Shown: positions 30,343-37,818 of the stretch, piece by piece
Numbering within the stretch: position 1 is the first letter of the stretch
How the letters are laid out: every line of letters begins with the position of its first letter
Origin: Chitinophagaceae bacterium
GTDB taxonomy: Bacteria > Bacteroidota > Bacteroidia > Chitinophagales > Chitinophagaceae
Direction: 5' to 3'
DNA length: 37,818 nucleotides
Assembly: GCA_016741945.1 (NCBI GenBank)
Contig: JACVCQ010000001.1
Coordinates: 1 to 37,818 of the forward strand
Notes under the pieces: model-generated
The model's input: only the letters and a program-made list of their open reading frames with translations
Told to the model about the DNA's origin: nothing
Databases searched by the model: none
Made by a program: the position numbers and the translations under genes

Positions 30343-30678
30343 CTACAGATCCAATACAATCATCAAATTCTTTTTTAGTAATTGAACTTGATCTTGGTTC
30401 AGTTTACCGATTCTTTGTATTAATCTTTTATTATCAATAGCCCTGATCTGGTCAATGAGAACATCACTGAGTTGATTCAGTTGCGATTTTTTTAAGTGAA
30501 TACGAAGAATATTCATCTTAGGTTGAATATTGGTGGTGATAGGACAAACAATCGTTGATAGATTTGAATCATTCAACAGATCCGTTTGCACAATAACAAC
30601 AGGTCTGGTTTTACCCGGCTCTGTTCCTTTACCCGGATTCAGATTGGCTAGCCATATATCATATTGCTTAATCTTCAT
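30343..30678 (-). CDS. PemK/MazF family toxin
   Basis: IWLANLNPGKGTEPGKTRPVVIVQ…DQIRAIDNKRL; ATG at 30678 overlaps the antitoxin stop. Confidence 0.93.
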   Translation of the reverse strand: MKIKQYDIWLANLNPGKGTEPGKTRPVVIVQTDLLNDSNLSTIVCPITTNIQPKMNILRIHLKKSQLNQLSDVLIDQIRAIDNKRLIQRIGKLNQDQVQLLKKNLMIVLDL

Positions 30679-30898
30679 CAGCCAGTTTTTCAAACTCACG
30701 TAAGATGTTCATGGACTCTTTTCTCGTAAGGGCAGATTCTTTTGCGAGAGCATGCTTCAATAATTTTCTCTGATGATACCGATTGTAGAGATCTACCGCT
30801 TCATTGATATAGCGATTACGGGCTATGTTCAACTGCGCAGTGATGGCTTCAGCTTCTTCGAATGTATGGTCATCCAGTTTGAGTGATAAAGTTTTCAT
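30668..30898 (-). CDS. Putative ribbon-helix-helix antitoxin (76 aa)
   Basis: MKTLSLKLDD…ARNRYINEAV RHH-like pattern; acidic tail; coupled upstream of the toxin. Confidence 0.85.
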   Translation of the reverse strand: MKTLSLKLDDHTFEEAEAITAQLNIARNRYINEAVDLYNRYHQRKLLKHALAKESALTRKESMNILREFEKLADED

Positions 30899-30903
30899 AC
30901 CAT

Positions 30904-30938
30904 TACTTTTGGTAAAGGTATATACTTTTGGTGTATAC
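30904..30938 (-). promoter_or_regulatory. Putative TA promoter/operator
   Basis: Palindromes GTATATAC (30918-30925) and GTATAC (30933-30938); direct repeat TACTTTTGGT x2; -7-like TACCTTTA on the minus strand. Confidence 0.55.
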
Positions 30939-31013
30939 TCAGTAGGGGGTAGTTGTTCCATGGCATTGATTGTAATGTGAAATATTCAGTAGTGCCGAAA
31001 ATAGTGATACATC

Positions 31014-31400
31014 CCATCGTATTTACCGCCAATTTGATGAGTAGTTCGTTGACTACATTTCAAGTGAAGTGAATAACCTTCTAACTGCAGATCCTTCGTC
31101 GCAATTTCCGACTTCGTCGGAATGCTCCTCAGGATGACAACGACAAGGGACATCAACTTGCTGTGTTGGCGAAGCCAACACAGCGTTAACACACAACACT
31201 GAACCGTCATCCTGAGGAGCATTGATCACGCAAGTGATCATCTGCGACGAAGGATCTGACCAGTATAGGGAGTTTTATGGTTATAGGAAAGAAGTAAATA
31301 GTACACCTAAGCTGTGTAACACGCATAGTCCCCTCGTACCTCGGGAGGCATCTGCGACGAACTTTTTTATTTGTAAGACTTTATGGAGAAGGAAGTATGC
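31014..31400. repeat. Modular palindromic repeat, copy A (complete)
   Basis: Left segment shared with copy B; long foldback CAGATCCTTCGTCGCA…ATGCTCCTCAGGATGAC / GTCATCCTGAGGAGCAT…TGCGACGAAGGATCTG; tail of about 140 bp shared with B, C and D. Confidence 0.92.
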
Positions 31401-31419
31401 TGTTGAGCATACAAGAGAC

Positions 31420-31587
31420 CTATCCTTCAGATTGTAGTTTCTTTATTTCAGAAAGATCTACGTTGCGCATGGCTTCATTGGCTTTATCGACTTTCTCCTG
31501 AAATAGTGGCATGTCATTATATTGATCCAAAGATTGGTCAATTGTAACAACAGTCGATTTGATATGATACAATTCCTTTTGTTCCAT
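31420..31587 (-). CDS. Small protein (55 aa) missed by the ORF track, coupled to the upstream gene
   Basis: MEQKELYHIKSTVVTIDQSLDQYNDMPLFQEKVDKANEAMRNVDLSEIKKLQSEG*; ATG 1 nt after the upstream TAA. Confidence 0.75.
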   Translation of the reverse strand: MEQKELYHIKSTVVTIDQSLDQYNDMPLFQEKVDKANEAMRNVDLSEIKKLQSEG

Positions 31588-31588
31588 G

Positions 31589-32041
31589 TTATAAAGATAG
31601 TTTTTTTCTTGTGATCAAAAATGCTTCGTAGGGTTCATTTTCTTTGAAGTGTTCCAGTATACTATCCTTCCATCCAAATAAATAAAAGTCACGTTTTATA
31701 GCAGGCAGATATTTTGTTATACCGATTCTATACAAACGCGTACGACTTTTTGTACTTCCTGATGCATACACACAGACATTCGGATATGTATTAGTAAAAA
31801 TATAAAGCGTCCGTACAACTGTGGCCAAGACTAACTCACTGTCAGCGTTATTTGAAATGATGCTGTCATTAATGTCTCCTTTTTCGTTTACCTTATCACC
31901 AAAAGCAAGATTGTACAGACCATTATCGTTAAGTTTGGTGTATTTAACAAGTTTAATAATCGACCCTTTAGGTCCAACACTGGTAAACTCAAATACCATT
32001 AATGAAGTGGAAGACTTCAATGGATATGCAGTGAGGTTCAT
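31589..32041 (-). CDS. DUF6934-like protein (150 aa)
   Basis: FEFTSVGPKG…YNLAFGD…SNNADSELVLATV…GST-x-SRTRLY; family recognised from memory; ATG at 32041. Confidence 0.75.
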   Translation of the reverse strand: MNLTAYPLKSSTSLMVFEFTSVGPKGSIIKLVKYTKLNDNGLYNLAFGDKVNEKGDINDSIISNNADSELVLATVVRTLYIFTNTYPNVCVYASGSTKSRTRLYRIGITKYLPAIKRDFYLFGWKDSILEHFKENEPYEAFLITRKKLSL

Positions 32042-32098
32042 TTCTGGCGCTTTGGAAAAATGAGTAATGATGGTGGCTTCCAAAAATGCTTGCTTTGT

Positions 32099-32435
32099 CC
32101 ATCGTATTTCCCGCAAATTTGATGAACAGGTGGTTGACTTTGTTTCAAGTGAAGTGATAAGAAAGATCGCTCAGCAGTGTTGGCAAAGCCAACACTGCTT
32201 GAACACCCCATCACGATAATGTCATCCTGTCCAAAGGACTCCCGCGGAGAGGAGCATTGATCACGCAAGTGATCATTTGCGACGAAGGATCTGACTATTA
32301 TGGGTGTTTTATGGCTATCTGGAGAAGTAAAACTAAGTAGTACAACTTAGCTGTCTAACACGCAGAGTCCCCTCGTACCTCGGGAGACATCTGCGAAGAA
32401 CTTTTTTATTTATGAGACTCTTCGGAGAATGAAAG
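32099..32435. repeat. Modular palindromic repeat, copy B (lacks the left arm)
   Basis: Shares CCATCGTATTT…TTTCAAGTGAAGTGA, the central hairpin, TGATCACGCAAGTGATCA, GCGACGAAGGATCTGAC and the tail. Confidence 0.9.
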
Positions 32436-32501
32436 ATTGTGATGATGAAGACCATAGACAAGTATTCAAAAATAGATTCATGTATCGTCTAATTTTAATA
32501 C

Positions 32502-32672
32502 CATTGATCATGCAAGTGATCATCTGTAATGAAGAATCAGATCGTTTTGTTAAGTTCTATTACAATCGGAATGGAGCAAAACTAAATATTACATTTAGCT
32601 GTGTAACATGCAGGCCCCCTCATGTCTCGGCAGACATCTGTAGTAATTTTATTTATAAGAATCTGTGGAGAT
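32502..32672. repeat. Modular palindromic repeat, copy C (degenerate right half)
   Basis: CATTGATCATGCAAGTGATCATCTG…AAAACTAAATA…TTAGCTGTGTAACA…GACATCTG…TGTGGAGA. Confidence 0.8.
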
Positions 32673-32751
32673 GTTATAAATACATCAATTAGACACATAC
32701 TCTATTGCGTATATGTTTAACTGTATAAATGGAGGGATGATTAATCAATTT

Positions 32752-33606
32752 TTATCTATTAAACTCATGTTGATAATCCTTAACAAATTCATGAAATGCA
32801 ATAGGTTTCCTTTGTAATAAAAATTCTAGGTCAGGTGTAACAGTTTTAAAATAATTTAATTTGATGTAGCTGTAGAGAACTGCTAAAAAATCAACCATCG
32901 GTTGGGGAATGCCAAAGTCATATAATGTTTGTTTATACTCTTCTTCAGTAGGATTGACATTTTGAATCGGTCGACCCAGTACTGTTGTAAATATCTCAGC
33001 CATTTTTTTATGGGAAAGGGCTTCGGCTCCTGTAATGGAATAGGTTTTTCCATAATGGGGATGAGGATATTCAAATACATTCGCAATAGCTTGTGCAACA
33101 TCTCTGATATCGTTGTAAGAAGTAGTACCATCACCGGTAGGTAAGTAGATCATACCTTTTTTTATAGCCCATAAATCGTAATTGATAAAATTTTGAAAAA
33201 TAAAATTAGGTCGCATAATCGTATAAGGAATTCCAGATTCTTTGAGAGCTTTTTCAGCTTTGTAATGTGAACTATTCGGATTAGCATCGGCTCCTAATAC
33301 AGTCGTTAATACAATGTGCTCAACTGAATATTCCTTCGCCTTTAGTAAAAGCGGGATAATTTGTTCTGAAAATTGATGAGAACCTGATGGTGCCACCAAA
33401 TAAATAGACTTCACCCCTTCTAAAAGCTGATCAAAGCTGGAAGGATCATTTAAATCATACTTAGTTGTGATGACTTCCTTTCCTAATATTTCTTTTAACT
33501 TCTCGGTATGATCAAAACTTGCAGCTTTGATCGCAATGCCTTTTTTGAGTAGCGCTTTAGCTATATTGTTCCCGAATGTTCCTGTTGCACCTGTTACTAA
33601 AATCAT
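32752..33606 (-). CDS. NmrA-like / atypical SDR NAD(P)H-binding oxidoreductase
   Basis: MILVTGATGTFG, H-x2-AE-x2-L, RPNFIFQN, DIRDVA. Confidence 0.9.
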   Translation of the reverse strand: MILVTGATGTFGNNIAKALLKKGIAIKAASFDHTEKLKEILGKEVITTKYDLNDPSSFDQLLEGVKSIYLVAPSGSHQFSEQIIPLLLKAKEYSVEHIVLTTVLGADANPNSSHYKAEKALKESGIPYTIMRPNFIFQNFINYDLWAIKKGMIYLPTGDGTTSYNDIRDVAQAIANVFEYPHPHYGKTYSITGAEALSHKKMAEIFTTVLGRPIQNVNPTEEEYKQTLYDFGIPQPMVDFLAVLYSYIKLNYFKTVTPDLEFLLQRKPIAFHEFVKDYQHEFNR

Positions 33607-33659
33607 GATTATTTTTTTTGAAGTGTAAAAGTATTTTGGATAGTTTAGTTTTGAAATTT

Positions 33660-33704
33660 GTTACCTTATTGTAACAGAAGAAAAACTAGTTACCATAAGG
33701 TAAC
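33660..33704. promoter_or_regulatory. Two GTTAC-N6-GTAAC palindromes, probable HxlR operators
   Basis: 33660-33675 and 33689-33704, in the divergent nmrA-hxlR spacer. Confidence 0.7.
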
Positions 33705-33717
33705 CAATTCACATACT

Positions 33718-34032
33718 ATGGAAAGTGTACATGATTTTTGCCCGGTTTCAAAAACCCTATCTTATATCGGTGGTAGGTGGAAGGTGGTGATTTTATTTTA
33801 CTTACAACATGGAAAAAGAAGATTTGGGGAAATCTCGGCACGCATACCCAATATATCAAGGAAAGTGTTAACCGAACAATTAAAAGAATTAGAGACAGAT
33901 GGACTGATTCAACGTACATCTTTTAAAGAAGTACCTCCAAGGGTAGAGTATTCCATTACTGCGCTCGGATTAAGTCTTAATAAGGTTTTAAAAGAGATGG
34001 AAGTATGGGGATTTGAACACAGGGGTTTATAG
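33718..34032 (+). CDS. HxlR-family winged-helix regulator
   Basis: CPV…IGGRWKVVIL…LTEQLKELE-x-DGL…VPPRVEYS; ATG at 33718. Confidence 0.93.
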   Translation: MESVHDFCPVSKTLSYIGGRWKVVILFYLQHGKRRFGEISARIPNISRKVLTEQLKELETDGLIQRTSFKEVPPRVEYSITALGLSLNKVLKEMEVWGFEHRGL

Positions 34033-34136
34033 TTAAGTCAAAATTTAATCGTCTTCATTATAGTCAAAGAATAAAGCTGCTTTATTGATGCTTGTTTGAA
34101 TAGAATAACTTGGTTACAAAAGGCATCAGCAAGTGT

Positions 34137-34256
34137 TTTAATTATGGCGAATTCGCCATAATTAAAATGGGGTTTACTGACGGTTTCCCAACTGCCAAGG
34201 AATTCAATGGTATTTATGTTTCTTAGCCAATCAGAAATAAAGAAATCGCCATCCTT
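34137..34256 (-). pseudogene. Internal fragment of a KilA-N domain gene
   Basis: KDGDFFISDWLRNINTIEFLGSWE…FNYGEFAIIK, about 40 aa only, abutting repeat copy D. Confidence 0.75.
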
Positions 34257-34586
34257 CGTCGCAATTTCCGACTTCGTCGGAATGCTTCCTTCATTACATT
34301 CAGGATAAACCTCAGGATGACAACGACAAGGGACATCAACTTGCTGTGTTGGCTTCGCCAACACAGCGTTAACACACAACACTGAACCGTCATCCTGAGG
34401 AGCATTGATCACGCAAGTGATCATCTGCGACGAAGGATCTGACCATTATGGGCGTTTTATGGCTATAGGAGAGAAGCAAAACTAAATAGTACATCTTAGC
34501 GGTGTAATGCACAGAGTCCTCTCGTACCTCAGAGACATTTCGGAGAACTTTTTATTTATGAGACTTTGTGGAGAAGGAAAAGTATG
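34251..34586. repeat. Modular palindromic repeat, copy D
   Basis: Core nearly identical to copy A, apart from a 23-bp insertion (34287-34309) and an inverted central loop. Confidence 0.92.
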
Positions 34587-34598
34587 AAATCGGATTTC

Positions 34599-35270
34599 TT
34601 ACTCTATTTGATATCTCAAAAAAACGCCAAAGTTTTCAAATGTTTCTTTATTCATTCCAAATTGAGAAAAATCTGCACCTACACCAAACTGAAATTTTTG
34701 CTTATAGTTAAGTCCTATTCGAAAAAGCTGATTGCTGATGTTATGCTGTGTAAAAATATTCAAAATTTCTCGTTGTTGATTCGGGTATTTATTCTGTATA
34801 CCCAAATTTGTACCTGCTATTAACTGAGAGAATATCCCCCATTTTTTATTGAATTGTGGGGAATAGTTTATCAAAGTAAAAAAATCTAACGCAATTGGCT
34901 TTACCAATTGAACCATAGGAAATGCACTGATTGAAAAATCTTCCTTTTTGTTAAGATATCCAAACGATAGTCCCAAGGTGGGAATAAATTCAGTACCGTC
35001 AAACCCACCTCCACCGGACACTCCCAGCCAATTATTAAATTGGTAGGTTAATTGCCCTTCAATTGAAATTGTATTTTGGGTTTTGTCTTTATAATGAATA
35101 GCATAGAGGCTTTGAGAAAATATATTCCATCTACCTATACTGTCTAAGTCTTTTTGTATATATGCATAATAAAGCGTTTGTTTATTACCTGCCATTACTT
35201 CAAAAGGAATTTGGGCAGAAGTATGCTGAATAGTCATTATAAAAATGACTATAAAAATTTTTAATTTCAT
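34599..35270 (-). CDS. Hypothetical exported, beta-strand-rich (outer-membrane-like) protein
   Basis: Signal peptide, alternating amphipathic strands, C-terminal FGVFLRY. Confidence 0.75.
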   Translation of the reverse strand: MKLKIFIVIFIMTIQHTSAQIPFEVMAGNKQTLYYAYIQKDLDSIGRWNIFSQSLYAIHYKDKTQNTISIEGQLTYQFNNWLGVSGGGGFDGTEFIPTLGLSFGYLNKKEDFSISAFPMVQLVKPIALDFFTLINYSPQFNKKWGIFSQLIAGTNLGIQNKYPNQQREILNIFTQHNISNQLFRIGLNYKQKFQFGVGADFSQFGMNKETFENFGVFLRYQIE

Positions 35271-35353
35271 CTTTCAAAAAGTTTGATATTTTTTTACGAT
35301 TATGAAAAAGCTAGATAATTATGAATTAGGGTTTTTATTGAGTAAAGCAAAAC

Positions 35354-36670
35354 CTAGCTTAATTCATGTAGAACCTGAATGGCGGAATCGATAGCCCCAT
35401 GAACGGTGCCATAATCTTTTTTGGTATTCATTGCTTCGCCTGCAAAAAATACTTTATTGTTGATCGGTTTTCTTGCGATTTCTCTTGCTGATGTACCACC
35501 TGGTTTCGTATAGCTATAAACGCCATTTATATAAGATTCTGCTCCCCAATCCTGTGCTAATCTATCAATGTAGTATTTAGAGGCTCTGCCATCGAAAATG
35601 GTATCCAACTCTCTTAAATAGTTTTCAATCGCTTTTCTAGGGTTGTCATAGTACATATCTGCTTTCACCCCCATCACTAGAGAAGTTAAGAGACTTTGAG
35701 AAGAACCCCCCTTTTTTGTTGGGTCAATATAGTAACCAGCGTATTTTCCATTGAATATACTGTGATTAAAAAACTGTTTCTCGAATTTTAGAAAAAGTTT
35801 CAAGCCCTTATCCATACCAATGAACTCGAATGCCTTTTTCTTATCAGTTGGTAGTTCAGGAGCAAAATCTATATTATCAGATTTTAGTATGGTAATTGGA
35901 ATCGTAATGATAATTTTATCAAACTCATAACTTTTGTTTTCAGCATTGAAAACCTTTATTAAAGAGCCAGTATAATCTATACTTCTTACAGGGAAGTTAT
36001 ATACAATTTCATCTTTCAATCTATCAACAAATCTTTTTTGAATAAAACCATACATCGTGGTATTTGTGAATTGATAATCTACAGGATCAAGCTGTTTTGT
36101 CATCATTGAAATTTCATTGGCTGAAAAATTTTCCGCTTTAGTTGTTGTATCGGTTAATACGTTCTCAATTAACTCTAAAAAGTTTGTGTCATTGTTGAAT
36201 TGCTTTGCATAATGTAAAACAGAAATATCATTTTTCAATGGTGTTTTGAGCTGTAAACTTTTTATAAATTCATAAAACTCTGATGGAAAATCATCTAAAA
36301 GCAACCCTTTATATAAGACTTTGATTGACTTATTTTTTTTATCAACATAAACTGGAGTTTTACTTTTCTTAGTGAGTTTATATAATTCATTATCATGCCC
36401 GTGTATCCACTGTGCTCCTAAATCAATCGGACTTGAAAAAAAAGACTTATTTTCATAAATTCTACCTCCTGCTCTGTCTTTGGCTTCAAGAACTATAACT
36501 TCATGTCCTTGTCTTTTGAGCATATCGGCTAAATACAAACCTGATATACCAGCTCCAATGACTCCAATTGTTTGATTTGGGTTCTTATTTGCTTGAAAAG
36601 CAACACTTGGAACTAAAGAAGCACTTAATCCTAATAAGGATATGCTTTTAATAAATTCTGCTCTATTCAT
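35354..36670 (-). CDS. Flavin monoamine oxidase family protein with a Tat-like leader
   Basis: IGAGISGL, EAKDRAGGR, DLGAQWIHG, FFAGEA, TVHGAI; leader MNRAEFIK; ATG at 36670. Confidence 0.9.
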   Translation of the reverse strand: MNRAEFIKSISLLGLSASLVPSVAFQANKNPNQTIGVIGAGISGLYLADMLKRQGHEVIVLEAKDRAGGRIYENKSFFSSPIDLGAQWIHGHDNELYKLTKKSKTPVYVDKKNKSIKVLYKGLLLDDFPSEFYEFIKSLQLKTPLKNDISVLHYAKQFNNDTNFLELIENVLTDTTTKAENFSANEISMMTKQLDPVDYQFTNTTMYGFIQKRFVDRLKDEIVYNFPVRSIDYTGSLIKVFNAENKSYEFDKIIITIPITILKSDNIDFAPELPTDKKKAFEFIGMDKGLKLFLKFEKQFFNHSIFNGKYAGYYIDPTKKGGSSQSLLTSLVMGVKADMYYDNPRKAIENYLRELDTIFDGRASKYYIDRLAQDWGAESYINGVYSYTKPGGTSAREIARKPINNKVFFAGEAMNTKKDYGTVHGAIDSAIQVLHELS

Positions 36671-36760
36671 ACTACTGCGTATCAAAATTTAATTTCTTAA
36701 CTGATTAAATAACGAGAATAATGACAGCAGCAAAGGTTTGAATAAGAATTCGGAATTTTT

Positions 36761-36796
36761 TTGAGCTAAATCAAAAAATGATTTGATATAGATCAA
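36761..36796. promoter_or_regulatory. Tandem Crp/Fnr-type boxes upstream of the oxidase
   Basis: TTGAT-ATAG-ATCAA (36783-36796) and TTGAG-CTAA-ATCAA (36761-36774); -7-like AACCTTTG on the minus strand at 36731-36738. Confidence 0.75.
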
Positions 36797-36807
36797 AAAA
36801 TTATTTT

Positions 36808-37383
36808 TTATAATTTTCCTGATCTGATACGACTTAATGTTTCTTGTGTGATGTTTAGATAAGATGCAATATGTCCTAAATTGATTCGATTACCAATATT
36901 TGGAAATTGTATTAAGAGTTTCTCATAGCGTTGTTTGGCAGTAAGAAATTGTAAATCAGTTACTCTATCTTCAATTTGAGTAATATAATACTTTTCTATT
37001 AATTTAATATACCAAAGCGAGAAGGAATGGTGTTGTTGAAGTAAATGATAGAGATGACTATTCTCAATTGCGTACAATTCACTGTCTTCTAATAGTTGTA
37101 TGCTTTCAGTAGAGGGCTTTTGACTTACGAAACTTGGAGCATCTGCTACAATATCATTATCAAAAGAAAACCACACGTTACTTTCTTTACCAGTTTCATC
37201 GGAAAATGTATAGCGAGCTGCACCTTTAACTAAAACCCAAAGATATTTACATGGCCTTCCTTGTTTCAATAAATAATAATTTTTTGGGTATTCCTTGTAT
37301 TGAAAATGAAGTAAGACATCATCCAAAATTTGGTAAGGAAGTGGGTAAATACTATTGATAAAATTTGAAAAATCTGCTTTCAT
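36808..37383 (-). CDS. Crp/Fnr family transcriptional regulator
   Basis: cNMP-binding-like N-terminal domain; TAKQRYE…IASYLNITQETLSRIR HTH. Confidence 0.93.
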   Translation of the reverse strand: MKADFSNFINSIYPLPYQILDDVLLHFQYKEYPKNYYLLKQGRPCKYLWVLVKGAARYTFSDETGKESNVWFSFDNDIVADAPSFVSQKPSTESIQLLEDSELYAIENSHLYHLLQQHHSFSLWYIKLIEKYYITQIEDRVTDLQFLTAKQRYEKLLIQFPNIGNRINLGHIASYLNITQETLSRIRSGKL

Positions 37384-37612
37384 TGCTTTTACACGTCGAA
37401 CATTAATATCGTTTTCTAATTATATTGACTTATATATTCAGTCAACTATTTTAAGAGTCACCCAAAATAAGTTAATTTAAGAACTTCTAAGTAGATACTT
37501 ATATATAAAAAAATAAGTGAATGTATCTTTCTAAAAATTAGATAAATAACTCCTTTCTCTCCCCAAACCCCAATTTTCCCCCTCAAACCACCCATCTACC
37601 CAACTTTTTCCC

Positions 37613-37620
37613 TACTTTTG
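37613..37620 (+). promoter_or_regulatory. -7 promoter element of rpsA
   Basis: TACTTTTG followed by CA, then a CCTGAT…ATCAGG leader hairpin. Confidence 0.75.
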
Positions 37621-37654
37621 CACCCCTGATTTATTAAACCATCAGGACTATTTT

Positions 37655-37818
37655 ATGAACATTTTTCGTAAACAATTAAACGCAGATGCTCAGGACAACG
37701 CGGGTACGCCCGAAGTTGATACTGCGACAACAAATGCACCTGAAGTTGCGCCGATCGTTGAGACAGCGCATGATGATTTTGACTGGAGCATTGACAAGCG
37801 TAATGTGGATCACTATGT
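37655..37818 (+). CDS. rpsA: 30S ribosomal protein S1, N-terminus (runs off the window)
   Basis: MNIFRKQLNADAQDNAG…ETAHDDFDWSIDKRNV, resembling Bacteroidota S1 N-termini (DDFDW); strong promoter upstream. Confidence 0.8.
   Translation, partial: MNIFRKQLNADAQDNAGTPEVDTATTNAPEVAPIVETAHDDFDWSIDKRNVDHY

Noticed and set aside
30986-31437. ORFs 30986-31222, 31053-31241 and 31222-31437, and look-alikes at 32038, 32429, 34038 and 34223
   Set aside because: These are translations of the palindromic repeat. Their mutual similarity reflects the DNA repeat, and the frames are not preserved between copies.
31014-34586. CRISPR array or canonical integron
   Set aside because: The repeats are hundreds of bp long with gene-sized, irregular spacing. 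No cas or intI gene is in the window, and I could not identify canonical attC R-box ends.
37549-37612. C-rich tract upstream of rpsA (possible G-quadruplex or i-motif)
   Set aside because: The C-runs are irregular; there is no support beyond composition.

Overview
Bacteroidota chromosomal segment, most likely Chitinophagaceae, judged from the protein sequences, TAnnTTTG promoters and a tmRNA tag of GNTQYAMAA. In order: the 3' part of dxr, rseP, an apparently 5'-truncated DxDD-motif gene, tmRNA, an IS3-family element interrupted by a second intact IS3-family element, and an O-antigen-ligase/TPR gene. The S10-spc ribosomal protein cluster follows (rpsJ to secY and map, without fusA or infA-rplQ), then several housekeeping or secreted-protein genes. 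An accessory region (about 30.3-37.4 kb) lies before the start of rpsA. Two structures are not explained by the gene calls. (1) Between 31.0 and 34.6 kb, four copies of a modular palindromic repeat (about 170-390 bp) separate small cargo modules: a MazF-type TA pair, DUF6934-like plus a 55-aa ORF, NmrA plus HxlR, a KilA-N fragment and a Crp-regulated oxidase operon. This looks like an integrase-less cassette array, with signs of hairpin-level selection and inversion. (2) Many spacers in and around the ribosomal cluster carry short 7-mer tandem arrays or mini-palindromes, and the motif differs between spacers. All family calls are by motif recognition only; no searches were run.
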